Position numbers and translations under genes: made by a program
Source of the DNA: Octopus sinensis
Lineage: Eukaryota
DNA length: 64,000 nucleotides
Reading direction: 5' to 3'
Assembly (NCBI RefSeq): GCF_006345805.1
Contig: NC_043007.1
Coordinates: 40,486,001 to 40,550,000, forward strand
Part shown: piece by piece, positions 36,884-50,375 of the stretch
How positions within the stretch are numbered: position 1 is the stretch's first letter
Layout of the letters: each line of letters begins with the position of its first letter
Notes under the pieces: generated by a model
What the model was told of the DNA's origin: nothing
Seen by the model: the letters and a program-made list of their open reading frames with translations, nothing else
Databases searched by the model: none

Positions 36884-38190
36884 TTTCCATTTTCTGTTAG
36901 GCTACAGTGAGGGGTTCATGATGATAGTGTTGAGAACCCATGTTTCACTTCTGTAAATCATCACTGTCAGGATGTACTTATTGACGATCTTGCTTTTAAT
37001 TTTCATGGAATCCTAGGGACGCCTCATGAAGTTTTCCACCTCAAAAACCGCCCTACCAAGTGCTATTCTTCTTTTGATTTCCGGGAGATTTTCGTAAACG
37101 TAGCCGTCTACCTCTTCTATGTATTGCTGTATACAGTGACAGACGCTGGCATAGCATGCCTGTTGAATATGACGTTGGTTACTCCAAGGACCATGTTGAG
37201 GCCGACAGGCTGGCTTGTAGTGTATATCGGCGAGCATTTTCTCCAGTTCTATAGGTGCATGCACTATCAGGATGATATCATCTGCGAACTCCCGGTGGTA
37301 TAGTTGTTCTCATTCAATGTTGATCTCCCGCTGGATTTTGTTGATGATAGTGTCTTACAGGCACGATGTAAACAACTTTGGTGAGATGTTGTCACCTTGC
37401 CTCTCTCTCAAGCTTGATCATATCACTGTCCTGAAAGTTGAGGGTCGATGTTGCACAGCTATAAAACTCGTTCAGTATTGCAAAATAAGTGGGGTCCGCT
37501 TCTTGGTTTTTCAGGGTAAGGAACGATGTGGACTCTATGGAGTCGAAGCCTTCTTATAGTGAACAAAGGCGGAGCAAAGCAAGGTATTGTATTCGTTCGC
37601 CTTCTCTTGCAGGTGACTGACAACCTGAATGTAATCAATAGTAAAGATTCCTGTCCTGAAGCCAACTTGTTCGTTTGTTTGATAGAGGTCCAAGGTACAG
37701 AGGAGCCTACTATGTATAATGCTAGAGAACACCTTGTAGATGATGGACAGGAGACTGATAGGACAGTAGTTTTTCAAGTCCGTTTTGTCACCTTTCTTAT
37801 AAAGAAAGACCAATATTGTAACCGAAAGGGAAATGGAACAAATCATGCTCGGCATCACATTGCAGAACAAGAAAACCAACGGCTGGATACGACAGCACAC
37901 GCGAGTTACTGACATCATAAGAACGACATCAAGGAGAACAAATATAGATGAGCTGACCACATCGCGCAACTGAAGAGCAACAGATGGAGAATCAGGCTGA
38001 CGGAACAGACACCAAGACAATGGACATGATAAAAAAAACCCCGACCGATGACAAGGTGGTGAGACGATCTCTTCATTCACGATTTCCTAATGACGATTTC
38101 CTCATACTCTACATGACCACGACTAGCTAGAGATAGACAGCAGCGGAACGAGTTCAGAGAGGTGTTCTTCATTCAGGAGTGGTGAAGTCC
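36884..38190. mobile_element. RTE-clade LINE with 5' inversion (RT on -, 3' end on +)
   Basis: Minus 37826->36884: KKGDKTDLKNYCPISLL...EIKRRIALG...YRSETWVLN. Plus 37826->38190: EMEQIMLGIT... Confidence 0.8.
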
Positions 38191-38651
38191 TGGTAAAGAA
38201 ACAAATATGCTTGCCATTTAGCTATGAGTTAGCATTTAGTTTGAGAACATTTAATTTACTCTAACTACAGCATTATTTATACAAGGACTTATATTTTATT
38301 CCATTCGAGAATGGATGCCACATGCAATATTAATCGTGATGTGACTAAACTCTACTTTCAGTCAAATATAGTAAACGAATTCTCAATAAGAAACGCTTTA
38401 AATTTCAAACAAATCATTAATCAAATCATTTAAGGGTCTCCTTTTAACTAGAAATATCTAGGATTGATTAACTATTAAAAAAGTAAGTTTGTTTAGAACA
38501 TCACGAGTTCGTGGAACTACAGAATTTACCATGATGCCGACAAAGCCCCTGAATCAAGGCCCCATAAAATTAGAGGACAGAACAAGGAAGAGAAAAAACA
38601 GACACATGTACAAAAATATTTTAGAGACATATTGGCACATACACACTCACG

Positions 38652-38768
<117 letters not shown>

Positions 38769-39119
38769 GTGACAAGATTGTCATAGACATATACATAAAT
38801 ATTAAAAATATTTAGATACATATAGATACATATGAAACAAGAATATTATGGACATATACACATATAGGCACATGTACAGGAATGTTATAGTTAAGTGTAG
38901 ATACATATACCACAAGGATGTTATAGAGATAAGTAGATACATATCATTTATCTTTTATCTTTAACTCGCTTCAATCATTGGACGACGGCCATGATGAGGT
39001 ACCGTGTTGAAGTGTTTTAATGGAACAAGTCGCCTCGAGTACTGATTATTTTAAAGTCCAGTATTTATTCTATCGGTCTCTTTTGCCCAACCAGTAAATT
39101 ACGGGGATGTAAGCAAGCC

Positions 39120-39350
39120 AGAGCTGGCAGAATCGTTAGCACGCCGAGCGAAATGCTTAGCAGTAATTCGTCTGCCGCTACGTTCTGAGTTCAAATTCCG
39201 CCGAGGTCGACTTTGCCTTTCATCCTTTCGGGGTCGATTAAATAAGTACCAGTTACCCACTGGGGTCGATGTAATCGAATTGATCCATTTGTCTGTCATT
39301 GTTTGTCCCCTCTGTGTTTAGCCCTTAGTGGGTAGTAAAGAAATAGGTTA
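39120..39350 (+). mobile_element. SINE family A nested in a family B SINE
   Basis: Family B halves at 38950-39115 and 39450-39605 flank a family A copy. Confidence 0.8.
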
Positions 39351-39956
39351 TCAATCACTTGTGGGGCATAAAAACAAACATAGAAACATACACACTCACA
39401 CTCGCACGCACGCACACTCACACACACGCACACACACACATACACACACATACATATGTTGGACGAGTTTGTTTTAGGTTCCGTCTACTAAATCCACTCA
39501 CAAGGCTTTGGTCAGCCTACAGATATAGTAGAAGACAATTGTTTGAAGTGCCATGCAGTGGAACTAAACCCGTGGCTAGGAAGCAAACCTCTAACCACAT
39601 AGCCTGAACCTATACAGGAATATTTGAGACACATATCTTACCTTATATAAAAAGAGTATTATAGACACATAGACTCTTATACAACAATAATATTATTAAT
39701 AAATCATTAATATCAATAATATCCTAGTTCTGAAGAGGTTTATCCTTTAGTTTGATGCAATATGTTTTTACACTCTGTGGGAATAAAGTAAAAAAGAATT
39801 GGAATCTGGCAACTGCCTCACGTTACTGAATACCATATCTGTGTTAGATATAAAAGCAGATTTGTAACACCAGATTAATTTGTAACTTGATGAAAGACTT
39901 TGTTGTGTATCACATGTGATACGCAGAGCATATTTTTCTGGCATCCATGCATCATA

Positions 39957-40656
39957 TCTATAGAGATAAATGTGCAATGGTGTCTGTCTGTGTGTGCGTT
40001 TGGGGTTACTCTAACTCCTTCTACACCATCCGACCGATTTTAATGATTTTTTGGCACATAGTTAGATCACATACCCTGAAGTTTAAATAAGGCCGGAATT
40101 TTGCGAAAACTCGATAATGATCAGTTGGCATCGATTTTTGTGTGCTCAATCGGGCGTTTGAATGGACATTCCCATAACGATGTTATTTTTCCTGCAGCTT
40201 TTGCATTGTCTGATTTTGATGAAAATCGGTGAGTGAGCGAAGCTCATGGTAGTGAGTCGATGTCAGGACAAAAAAATCAATAATTGCGCCTGAGCAGTGG
40301 TTTTATAAAATCAATAAGCTTTTTGCGCGCAAATACCCATAGGGGTTTTTATTTTTGGCCGTAACTTTCATATTTTGCATCTGATCTTAATGAAATCTGA
40401 GATTCAGGTAAATTTGTGGTAGGGGAGACGGTAAATGCTTTAATTTAATTCCAGAGGAATCGGAAGGGCACAAGCGTGTATCAGATTTTGTAGGAGTATA
40501 TCGAAAACGTTAACTGGGTAAAATCCATGTTAAACCAGATATAACATCTTATGGGGTAATAGTTGGCATGGGGAACGTAGAATATTTCAATACAAGGTCA
40601 GAGGTGGGCTTAATTTCAACACAGAAAACACGAGCAACGTCAGGTGCAACAGCTCG
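39957..40656 (+). mobile_element. Probable decayed non-autonomous Helitron
   Basis: A|TC start followed by a gtctgtctgtgtg tract; 3' cacgagcaacgtcaggtgcaacagctcg resembles the 34793-34819 terminus. Confidence 0.5.
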
Positions 40657-41257
40657 AATAATACATATTCCCAAATTTTTCAAACCTTTGACTTGTGAGT
40701 GACCAACTTTATGTCACTCAAAACGTATGAATCAAGGCCTAGCTAAATGTCTGAAAACAATCATGGACGTTTAGGAGAAACTTTCCAAAATACTTTAGGA
40801 AAGAAAGGGCTGAAAGAGAGAGAGAGAGAGAAAATATTATAACACACACATACATACGCATACACACACATTTATTTATTAAGGAAGTAACAATACGCAA
40901 TATTTTACAAAATTCATCATTGTAGCTTGAACTGCTAAACATCATCGAATTAGAAACCAATAGAAGAAAAGAATGTATGCTTCGTTGAAATAACTGCTGT
41001 TGTTCACTAGGCATATTTCTGTTTCCCAAACAGCAAACATCGATTTATCTTGGATCTTTTACTTGTTTCACTCATTAGACGGCGACCCCAGTAAATTTTT
41101 TTTTGAAGCCTGATACTTGGTCTCCATCACCGAACTGCTAAGTTACGGGGAAGTAAACACAGAAACATCGCTTGTCAAGCAGTAGTGGGGGCCAAGCACA
41201 GATACAAAGACACACACACACACAAACAAAACACACAGACACACACACACACACACA

Positions 41258-41321
<64 letters not shown>

Positions 41322-41859
41322 ATAGGCTTCTTTCAGTTTCCTTCTACCAAATCCACTCACAAGGCTTTGGTTGGCCCAAGGCTGTAGTAGAAGACACTTG
41401 ACCAAGGTACCACGCGGTGGGACTGAACCTGAAACCACATGTGTAGGAAACAAACTTACTACACAGTCACGCCCGCGCCTATAAAGATTTTTTTTTCCGA
41501 TGATATTTTCTGCTTTTGTATTTTCCCAGTAACATTTTCAGAAAATCGCATAAAAGTTGCTTTGTTGACCCCCCCACCAAAAAAAAAACACTGGACCGGG
41601 CGCTGCGATGAACAAAATATTTTATTTCGCATTGCATTCGTCCACTTAGCTCTAAATAAAAAAAACTCTGTGACGGACTGATGTCCTGTGCAGGAGGGAT
41701 GTTGTTATCTCGGGCATTTATAAGCCATGGAAACGGCGTAATTGATCCCATGAGTCCTTGAATTCTGGACAGTAACGTCTAAGGGACTTAAGTTGTAAGT
41801 AAATCACTTGATTATATTGTTTACTGCTATTAATATACAATTTACTACTCTAAGGCACG

Positions 41860-42035
41860 CCGTTAGCACGACGGACAAAATGCTTTGCAGCATTTCGTCT
41901 TTAAAAGCATGCCAAGGTCCACTTGCCTTTCATCCTTTCGGTTTTGATAAAATAAGTACCAGTTGAACACTGGAGTCGAGATAATCAACTTCACCCTTCC
42001 CTAGAATTGCTAACCTTGTGCCAAAATTTGAAATC
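41860..42035 (+). mobile_element. SINE family A-related, decayed
   Basis: cgttagcacg...gcctttcatcctttcggttttgataaaataagtaccagtt. Confidence 0.7.
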
Positions 42036-42540
42036 AATATAGTTTAATGCTATGATTCAATTATAAAGAAACAAGTTATTTTCAATATAAATGTGGGGGC
42101 TAACTCAAGTTAAAGGCTTGGAGAAAACTGAATTTTTTTCTATTATTTTGCATTGAACATTTACATATTGGTTTTGCACTGGAATCGTTCCCGACGAATT
42201 ATTCATAATGTAAGTAAATTATATTTAGATGATAAGTGGTTCTAGGTTAATTTCTAAATGATATTCCACTTCATATATTAGCTGGAATAAATTATTCTAA
42301 AGTAGATGACATTTTAATGCAGGTCAAATGCATTTCGACAGTTATATACATATAAGAAATGATATACAGACACACATACACACATACACATACATATTTC
42401 ATTTACACACATACACACATACACACATACACATATATATTTTATTTACACACACACACACCACACACACGTGTATATGAAAAGAGAATTGGTTGAGGGA
42501 AATAGATAGACAGACACAAAGACAGGGCCGTGCAGTAAAG

Positions 42541-42700
42541 ATGAACGAAGGCAAAGACAATATGAAATCTTCCCAGATTGATGTCGATGGAATCATGCGT
42601 ACTCTAGGATATACTAAATATTTCCATACCACTCAATTCATCCTGATTAGTGGCTCCATAATCATAGCATCGACCAACAGTTTCCTCTATATGTTCTATG
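42541..42700 (+). CDS. Gene B exon 1 (MNEGKDNMKSSQIDVDGIMRTLG...NSFLYMFY)
   Basis: ATG at 42541 (second ATG at 42562 matches the gene A start); donor |gtatgt. Confidence 0.88.
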
Positions 42701-43279
42701 GTATGTATGATGTTTCCCGTGTGCGTGTAAACAAACACACGCACACACAGACACACACAGACACACACTCACACATATACACACACAAACACACACGCAT
42801 ACATATATAGACTCATACTTACACACACACATACTCACACATAGGCTCTCTCTCTTTCACATACATACACTCACATATAATTTCTGTCTACTCGTTAGAC
42901 GACCATGACCTTTGCTGACTGATTGGTAGTACCTATGCCCGTGCAAGTGTTTTAAGACGAATGCAACTTGCAGAACACCACGACTACTGCAACTCTCACT
43001 ACCAATACCAAGAAGACACCCAGAGACAATCAAAGTGCAAAGTATTCGGCTCAGCAGGGTAGCGGTGATTTATATACTGCCCCCTCGGAGTATTTCTACG
43101 TCCAGTTGATTGTATGCTAATTAACCCTTAGCTGGGGCCATGACAGGTGCTACTACTCTTGGACAGAGTAGACCTAGGTACAATAATGATTAAGAGATGG
43201 TTCCACACACATCAAAACCCTGGAACTCTTGAACCAGAGTCCCACTAACGGATGCAGTTTGAAGTCGTACACAGGTCAC

Positions 43280-43677
43280 ACAGATACACATACATATATA
43301 CATAGATACATACAAACACGCATACATATATACATACACACATGCATATATACACACACACATGCATAAGCACATATATATACACATACATAAATACATG
43401 CATGCATACATACATAAATACATACATACATACATACAAAGATACATACATACATACACACGAAGATACATACATACACACATACGCACATACATAAATA
43501 CATGCATATATACATACACACATACACACATACATACATACACACATACACACATACATGCATACATATATCCATACATGCATGCATACATACATAGATA
43601 CATACATACATACATACATACATACATACATACATACATACATACATACATACATACATACATACATACATACATAA
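43280..43677. repeat. Degenerate (ATAC)n microsatellite
   Basis: Direct reading. Confidence 0.92.
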
Positions 43678-44600
43678 ACTTTACCTTACACACATTTTTT
43701 ACTCATTCACTGATTTTGGTCACTGGAATACTTTTAAATATTTTGGTCACAACATCGAGTCCAATATATATTTCCAACAGTCCACCCATTTTATTGATCT
43801 TTAGTTTATTTGGGCCTGCTACATTAGGAGACATAAGTTGCTACACATAAAAACAACATTGATTTTCATCTCTGTAAACATTCGTCAATTTAGTTTTTCT
43901 TTTAACTTTTAAAGGATCTAAAAATAAGTCATAAAATTCCAGTCGTTATAAAGCAGCTTTTTTAACTTTCAAAACTTCTTGTTTTCGGTTTAACTTATAA
44001 AATTAGCGTGTAAAAGGGAAGTAAGTCCCCTGGCTTAAAACATTCAAGGAAGATAACTCTGGAAATTTATTGGTTTTAAATTTTAGGCAAATATGAGTTT
44101 AGTGTGTGAATTATATTTTTTGGTGTTTTTTTTTTATTATTGGTCTTGATCATGGGATTTATGGCCATGCTGGGGCACCTAGACACTAAATAAATTTTTT
44201 AGATTATTTCTCAGTTTAACTGGTCCCTATTTACACTGTCTCAATTCGTAAAACAAAGTTATAAGTTTATTTGCAATAATTTAGAGACACATGTAAATAT
44301 ATAGAAGTTGGACGGGTTTCCACAAAAATCGTGATAATAATCTTATTCTTATTTAGAAGTGTTCGTTCAGTTCGAGATTGAATTAGAAGACACTTTATCC
44401 CAAGATGTTGTGCAAATAAATTAAAACTGCTTGAGATAGACATAGAAAATATGCACAAATGTACATGTAATGTAAAGGGAGAAAGCAAAAACTAAACATT
44501 TTCAAACAAGAATATTCAAGTAGAAGTATGTAGATATTTATATATTAACAGATCAAATTTACACAGACTACAAAGATACGGAAAATACAGATACAGACAC

Positions 44601-44675
<75 letters not shown>

Positions 44676-44797
44676 GTATGTATGTATGTATACTGCTTCT
44701 TCTTTTTGCTAATTCTAGGAAAAAGAATCTTTAATCTTTATCGAAATTTCCGAACAAATTCGACGACATAGCTAATTTTCTCTGCCTTGTTTCACAG

Positions 44798-45006
44798 CCC
44801 TCACCCCTGAATACCAATGTAATAATCTGACCGAGTTTCAATTCAACCAATACAATATATCAATTAATGAAGTTAGTGTGGTATATGAGAAATGCTCCAT
44901 AGACATCATCAATGCCGATAAAGGGCTAACTACAGAGAACCGAACCCTGGACTGTGTGAATGGTTATTATTATACCACTCCAGTTGATAAATCGATAGTG
45001 TCACAA
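44798..45006 (+). CDS. Gene B exon 2 (LTPEYQCNNLT...CVNGYYYTTPVDKSIVSQ)
   Basis: ttcacag| acceptor, |gtaggt donor; 209 nt; open frame. Confidence 0.9.
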
Positions 45007-46491
45007 GTAGGTTGAATTCTGTTATTATATTAAAATATTTCTTTATTATTTCAAAATTAATCTGTATTCATCCCAGTTTTATATCGTCTCTGTATTGTCT
45101 GACGGAAAGTTATGACCATTTTAACTTTCTAAAATATAACACTACAAGAAACAAAAAAAACAAACAAAAAAAAAAAAAAAAAAAAAACAAGACTTTTAGG
45201 TCTTTTTCGTCGTTTGTTAATAATATCATTAATTATATGAACGGATTATATGAATCAATCATTAATTATATGAATGGATGAATATATTCATGAAGTAATA
45301 AAAGACAATTGTTTAACAAATGTTTCTTAAAGTCATTTTTCTAAGTGTTTTATAAATGTAGATTCTCCGTGTATTTGGATAGAGTAACTTAATGAGTTTT
45401 GACTTTTAAAGATGCTGAAGTACCGATACTGTCACCAGCCTATACTACCAAAATACATAACACACCTGAAAATTATCTTTTTATTGAAAAAAAAAACATG
45501 CTGAGATTTCCAAAATAAAGTAGGAAAGGAACATTTTTACGGAACAGTAAAATGCTATAATTAGGAAAATTTTTGTTTGAAATAGAGTAAATATTCATAT
45601 CTGACTCAAAATCTGAATAGACATAGAAAAGTGCATCTATACATGATGGCATGCGCTCTGTCTTCTTGTTATCATACAAAATGTACAAGAAACATTCAGA
45701 AAGTCAATTGCAGCCTCTGGTCCCACCAACTGTCTTAGAACTTCTACAAAAACTTCTCAGCATTGCCCATCTACCACTGAAATAAAAATCCTAGCACAGA
45801 AAGTATCAAAGTTATGCAAGAATATGAAATAATTTCTTAACTGCCGTTTATCTGTTTGCAGGTATATTGTTTGAATCAGTGGCAGAAAATATTTTCAGTG
45901 TCAAAGACGAATTGCTAGTGTAGAGAACGGTAGGGATGTATGTATGCTGAAGGAAAATAACCAAACTTTAATTCTATAAATTCATAGGTAATTCATAGAT
46001 ATGCAGCTTCTTTTAAATTGCCGGTTTTTGTTTTAGTTCATAAAAGGTTTCTGCCCATTTGGGGCATTTACGAATAGGTTCAGAGCTGGGTTTAAAATCA
46101 AAATGGAAGGAGTCGTTGCTTTTTTTCTGGTTTTGATCATGTAGCAAAAACCTATTTAGAAGTTTCACCGCCCATAGAAATTTTCTTGGACGTCATGTGT
46201 TTTTTTTTTAGTAGATCTGCAATCTTTGAAACGATGAAGCAAAGGCAAACAAACCAATGAGGGGCGTCTATGAGGTCACTGATATGTTAAAAAAAAAGGG
46301 AACACATTGGACAATCTACTCTTAAATACACTACAATTGCAACAAAAGAAAGACAGGACGATCAGAATTGAACTTTACAATATAATCATATCTATTAGCA
46401 ACAGCTTCGATGTACAAGCAATTTTTGAACTATCTCTACACGGCAATCAAGTAATTCTACTTTTGACTATAAAATATGTTTATTTTTACAG

Positions 46492-46722
46492 TGGGACCTG
46501 GTCTGCAACACTGTAGGATTAGCTGAATCAACTCAAACGGTTTATACTTTGGGTCAAATGAACAGTGGCCTGTTAGCACCATGTTTGTTAGAAAAATTCG
46601 GACGAAAACCTATAAGAGTGTCAAGTCATATCTTGCTGTTAGTCTTCAACTTAGTCGCCGCATTTTCTTCGTCTTATTGGTTGTTTACAATAATGAGATT
46701 TTTGATTGGAGGAGCCCGAGAG
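46492..46722 (+). CDS. Gene B exon 3 (WDLVCNTVGLAES...EKFGRKP...RFLIGGARE)
   Basis: ttttacag| acceptor, |gtaatg donor; 231 nt; open frame. Confidence 0.93.
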
Positions 46723-47699
46723 GTAATGCCTTTATACGTCATTTTCACACATGTACACACATAGACACTTCTTTTCTCACGTATATATGTATTTATTGTA
46801 TGTATGCATACACATGTGAAGGGTTGACTTCCCTTCACAAATACTGATAGGGCACAGATAGTGTGTCTATAGCCAGCTGGAGGAGATATCTTCCTGGGGC
46901 TACAAACTACAGTAGCATCCACCCTTAGGGGTTAGCCATATTCAAATGGCAAATATGTGTCACGATGTGTTACCGCTATCGTTTATAACTCGCTCTTTTG
47001 TATACAAATTTCGGCGCTTATAAAAAATACAAAAAAAAAACGCTAGTTTGTTTATATTAATATAAGATAACAATTTATTTTTTATCTATACGTTATCTAT
47101 ACCACTGCTACGTGATAGCGCCGTAGATGAATTATTCGAATTTTTAAAATAGTTTTGACTGTGAAATATTCATGTTTCATTTGCATAGTCTTGAAACACA
47201 GTATTACATGTTCACATCTGCCTAATTTCTACAAACTGTATTACACCCCTTCCAAAGCCTTGCAAATAATCTGCTGCCCGATATATCTTTTCTATCTCAT
47301 TATATTGAGAGCCAGTTTATGCATTATTCGATTGAAAGTATATATGTGTATCTACTATACCGAGGATATACTGTTATCTTGTGGATCATTTGATGAAAAT
47401 TAATTTATATCATCAATTGAATTTGAAAGTTTTAATAAGCAAGGTTCTTCCTTGTGTCATCGGTTAAATGATTTCTGTTTATTCGCTACTTGAAGAACAA
47501 CAAACACAGAGCGAAGTGGAGACCAGATCTATTATCACTTTTGAATATTTCGTTTGAATATTTCTTGCGAAGATGGTTTACAGTCAAGTTGTGATGGATT
47601 CTGTGGGAACTGTCTACTACTTCGCAATTTCTATAGAAATTTCATTATCATTGATTCAACAATATTTTGACGTCAGACTTTCAATATCTTAATAAGACA

Positions 47700-48290
47700 G
47701 TAACGTGGGCAAAACTGAAGACTCGCAACTAATTTTTATACTTGTTCCGTTCTCGACGAAATACGTGGCACTCCGTCGGTTACGACGATGAAGGTTCCAG
47801 TTGATCCGATCAACGGAACAGCTTGCTCGTGAAATTTGCGTGCAAGTGGCTGTGCACTCTACAGATACGTGTATCTCGGGGGAGATTCGGCGTGACAAGA
47901 CTGGCACTTTGAAATGTAGGTACAACAGAAACAGGAAGGAAAAGGGTGAAAGAATACATATGACGATGAAGGTTCCAGTTGATACGATCAACGGAGACAG
48001 CTGCTCGAAATTGGCGTGCCAAGGGCTGTGCACTCTACAGATACGTGTATCTCGGGGGAGATTCGGCGTGACAAGACTGGCACTTTGAAATGTAGGTACA
48101 ACAGAAACAGGAAGAAAGGGTGAAAGAATACAGCAGAGTTCACCCTCTCCACCCCCACCACTGCCGGAGCCTCGTGATGCTTTAGGCTTTTTCGCTCAAT
48201 AAACACTCACAACACCCGGTTTGGGAATCGAAACCGCGATCCCATGACCGCGAGTCCGCTGCTCTAACCACTGGGTCATTGCGCCTCCAC
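47700..48290 (-). mobile_element. SINE family C with an internal tandem duplication of about 175 bp
   Basis: acgatgaaggttccagttgat...ggtgaaagaatac occurs twice (about 47784 and 47963); head at 48290. Confidence 0.8.
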
Positions 48291-48476
48291 GGTCGACGGA
48301 ATAAGCAGACAGGTACTTACATTTTTTGTAGTAATGTAGATTCACGCTTACATTTAGAAAAATCTTTATTTTTATGTTTTATATTATTATTTTGGTGTGG
48401 GTTTTTTTTGTTTCATTAAATAAACTTTTGATCTAAATACCAAATCCCTTTTCATCTCTAACGTATCTTCTTTCAG

Positions 48477-48597
48477 AGAGCAGTAAAGCGACGGAATACG
48501 CCATCCTCATTTTGTACACGTTAGCAACTGCTGAACTGAGTGCTGCTGCCTGTGGTGATTTAATTTACGCCTCAGAACTCTATCCTACACACATACG
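48477..48597 (+). CDS. Gene B exon-8 homologue (SSKATEYAILILYTLATAELSAAACGDLIYASELYPTHIR)
   Basis: ctttcag| acceptor, |gtacag donor; 121 nt, same length and phases as gene A exon 8. Confidence 0.88.
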
Positions 48598-49037
48598 GTA
48601 CAGAGTTACTGTTAATATATATTTATATATTAAAATGACACTACCTATCTACCTATAGTTTGTGGATATAGGTGCTTAAAATTGTTTCCTAACCAACTTT
48701 ATTCAATTTCATGAATACATTTCAAATTTTTCACTTTCAAATTTGGAAATTTAAACCACAAAGTCATTGTATCAAAACAAGATATGAGACAAGTTACAAC
48801 TGGTTAACTTTTTACCGAAGTTTGGTTCATGCTTGGAGCCTGTAGGAAACTAGACTGAGAGAGAGGAGACGCAATGTTGTAGCTGCATTTGAGCACAGAC
48901 TAAACAAACGAAACATTTTCTAAAGAATTTAGGCCATTGTTCAATTTTTTCTAACCTTCCAGTTTGTATGATCTAATTATTGTTTTATGTATTTTAACAA
49001 AGCTTTGTTTCTAATTGTAAATCTCTTGTGATTGTAG

Positions 49038-49109
49038 AAGTGTTGGAAGTGGTTTTGGTACGACTTTCATGCGGATGTATGTATGGCAGCACCTTTCCTC
49101 AAATTTTTG
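49038..49109 (+). pseudogene. Gene B exon-9 homologue with 1-nt deletion (SVGSGFGTTFMR then shifted)
   Basis: cggatgtatgtatggcagcacct versus gene A cggagtgtatgcatgatagcgcct; 72 nt. Confidence 0.85.
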
Positions 49110-49304
49110 GTAAGGAAATGCTGAGACTTTTGAATCTAAGCTCTTAGCAAGATTTTCAAATACATACGGACTGTCACGAATAACATTTTATTGAACAACA
49201 GATACAAATACACATAGATACATGTGAAATATATCTATCTCTAAAATTTTTCTACTATATCTTTATATGTAATCTCTCTCCTTATACATAAATATAATAT
49301 AATA

Positions 49305-49340
<36 letters not shown>

Positions 49341-49399
49341 TGTATGTATGTATGTATGTATGTATGTATGTATGTATGTATTGTAGGCATGGATGTAGG

Positions 49400-50339
49400 C
49401 ATGTGTTATGTGTGTTGATTTTGTTTGCATTTGGACTTATGGAAGAATTTAAAGGTGCGATAGAACCTATGACGACATATATAGAGAGCTTCGTGTTGGC
49501 TATTTACTAATTGCGGTGAATTATGTATTAATATTTGGAGGGCTTCTTTTAGGCATAATCTACATGTGAATCGCTGACCTTGGTATGGGACCCCGGAATC
49601 TCTTATGGCCCAGGATATCCTATATGGTACCTTTCTATTTATTAAGTGGTGTATGTGGTTGGCTAGAGTGCTAGATTTGTTAAGCTCCTCATATTTAAAA
49701 TTAATAGTAGACTCGATATAGTAGTTAGTAGAATTATGCAATATGCTGTGGACCGTGCATGTGTATACTATGTTAAACCTTCTACTGTGGTCTTGCAACG
49801 GGCAGACGGTCACGGATCTGCAGTTGCAGCTATCTGTCCTACGTGAGTTATTAGTGGAAGATGCAGTACTATTTACGCTTTTACACTTTTACGCTTTTAC
49901 TTGTTTCAGTCATTTGACTGCGGCCATGCTGGAGCACCGCCATTAGTCGAGCAACTCGACCCCGGTCTCTTTTGCCGGACCGCTAAGTAACGGGGACATA
50001 AACACACCACATCGGTTGTCAAGCAATGCTAGGGGGACAAACACAGACACACAAACACACACACACGCATATATATATATTATATATATATATATATATA
50101 CATTACATATACGACGGGCTTCTTTCAGTTTCCGTCTACCAAATCCACTCACAATGCTTTGGTCGGCCCGAGGCTATAGTAGAAGACACTTGCCCAAGGT
50201 GCCACGCAGTGGGACTGAACCCGGAACCATGTGGTTGGTAAACAAGCTACTTACCACACAGCCACTCCTGCGCCAATTTATGGAGAAATTAAAATTAAGG
50301 GTGGTATTAAGGGATTGGCTCGTATTATTATTATTATTA

Positions 50340-50375
<36 letters not shown>

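Larger units (their letters stand above)
42541..49109 (+). pseudogene. SLC22-family paralogue, gene B; exons 4-7 and 10 not found, exon 9 frameshifted
   Basis: Exons 42541-42700, 44798-45006, 46492-46722, 48477-48597 and 49038-49109 align to gene A exons 1, 2, 3, 8 and 9. Exon 3 ends in phase 0 but the next exon starts in phase 1. Exon 9 is 72 nt versus 73 nt in gene A. Confidence 0.8.

Noticed and set aside
45409-45520. AG-flanked open stretch considered as an extra gene B exon
   Set aside because: No similarity to any gene A exon, ends in a stop, and exons 2 and 3 already join in phase.
46723-48476. Search for gene B exons 4-7
   Set aside because: No CELYP, ESxRWL, GNIYxN or FGH/RK-like coding found; only repeats and AT-rich sequence.
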